DNA from: Candidatus Binatia bacterium
Lineage (GTDB): Bacteria; Desulfobacterota; Binatia; HRBIN30
NCBI GenBank assembly: GCA_038245295.1
Contig: JBBRSP010000035.1
Location: 1-60,818 of the forward strand
Length of the DNA stretch: 60,818 bases
Reading direction: 5' to 3'
Shown here in pieces: positions 60,814-60,818 of the stretch (its first letter is position 1; each line of letters begins with the position of its first letter). A program made the translations under genes and the position numbers. The notes under the pieces were generated by a model that saw nothing but the letters and a program-made list of their open reading frames with translations, ran no database searches and had not been told where the DNA came from.

Positions 60814-60818
60814 TGAAG

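Overview
GC-rich bacterial chromosomal segment. The gene and protein style resembles Candidatus Binatia / myxobacteria-like lineages, which is an inference. It holds a housekeeping block (tRNA-Ser(GGA), SRP RNA, dnaX-ybaB-recR, a larA homologue, glgB, bolA-grxD, thiC) and a lipid-catabolic set (ceramidase-like lipoprotein, five acyl-CoA dehydrogenases including a FadE26/27-like pair, an alkyl-DHAP-synthase-like oxidase, a P450). It also holds a ~21-kb cluster of secreted Cys-rich, Pro/Thr-rich, NHL-repeat and c-type heme proteins, with an ERp18-like thioredoxin and two TMTC-like GT-C/TPR glycosyltransferases. The most striking sequence-level signal is non-coding. Two families of short TIR elements (134 bp and ~159 bp, ends GAG[G/A]CTGTC) insert into the 4-nt loops of REP palindromes with 4-bp target duplications and carry REP doublets inside. 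This produces a Russian-doll nest at 13133-13752. Unusual fusions are DUF547-radical SAM (11529-13094), P450-cNMP-binding domain (58805-60622) and a cytochrome P460 / Cx4CH heme / NHL secreted protein (32482-35604). No transposase, prophage or CRISPR array was seen.
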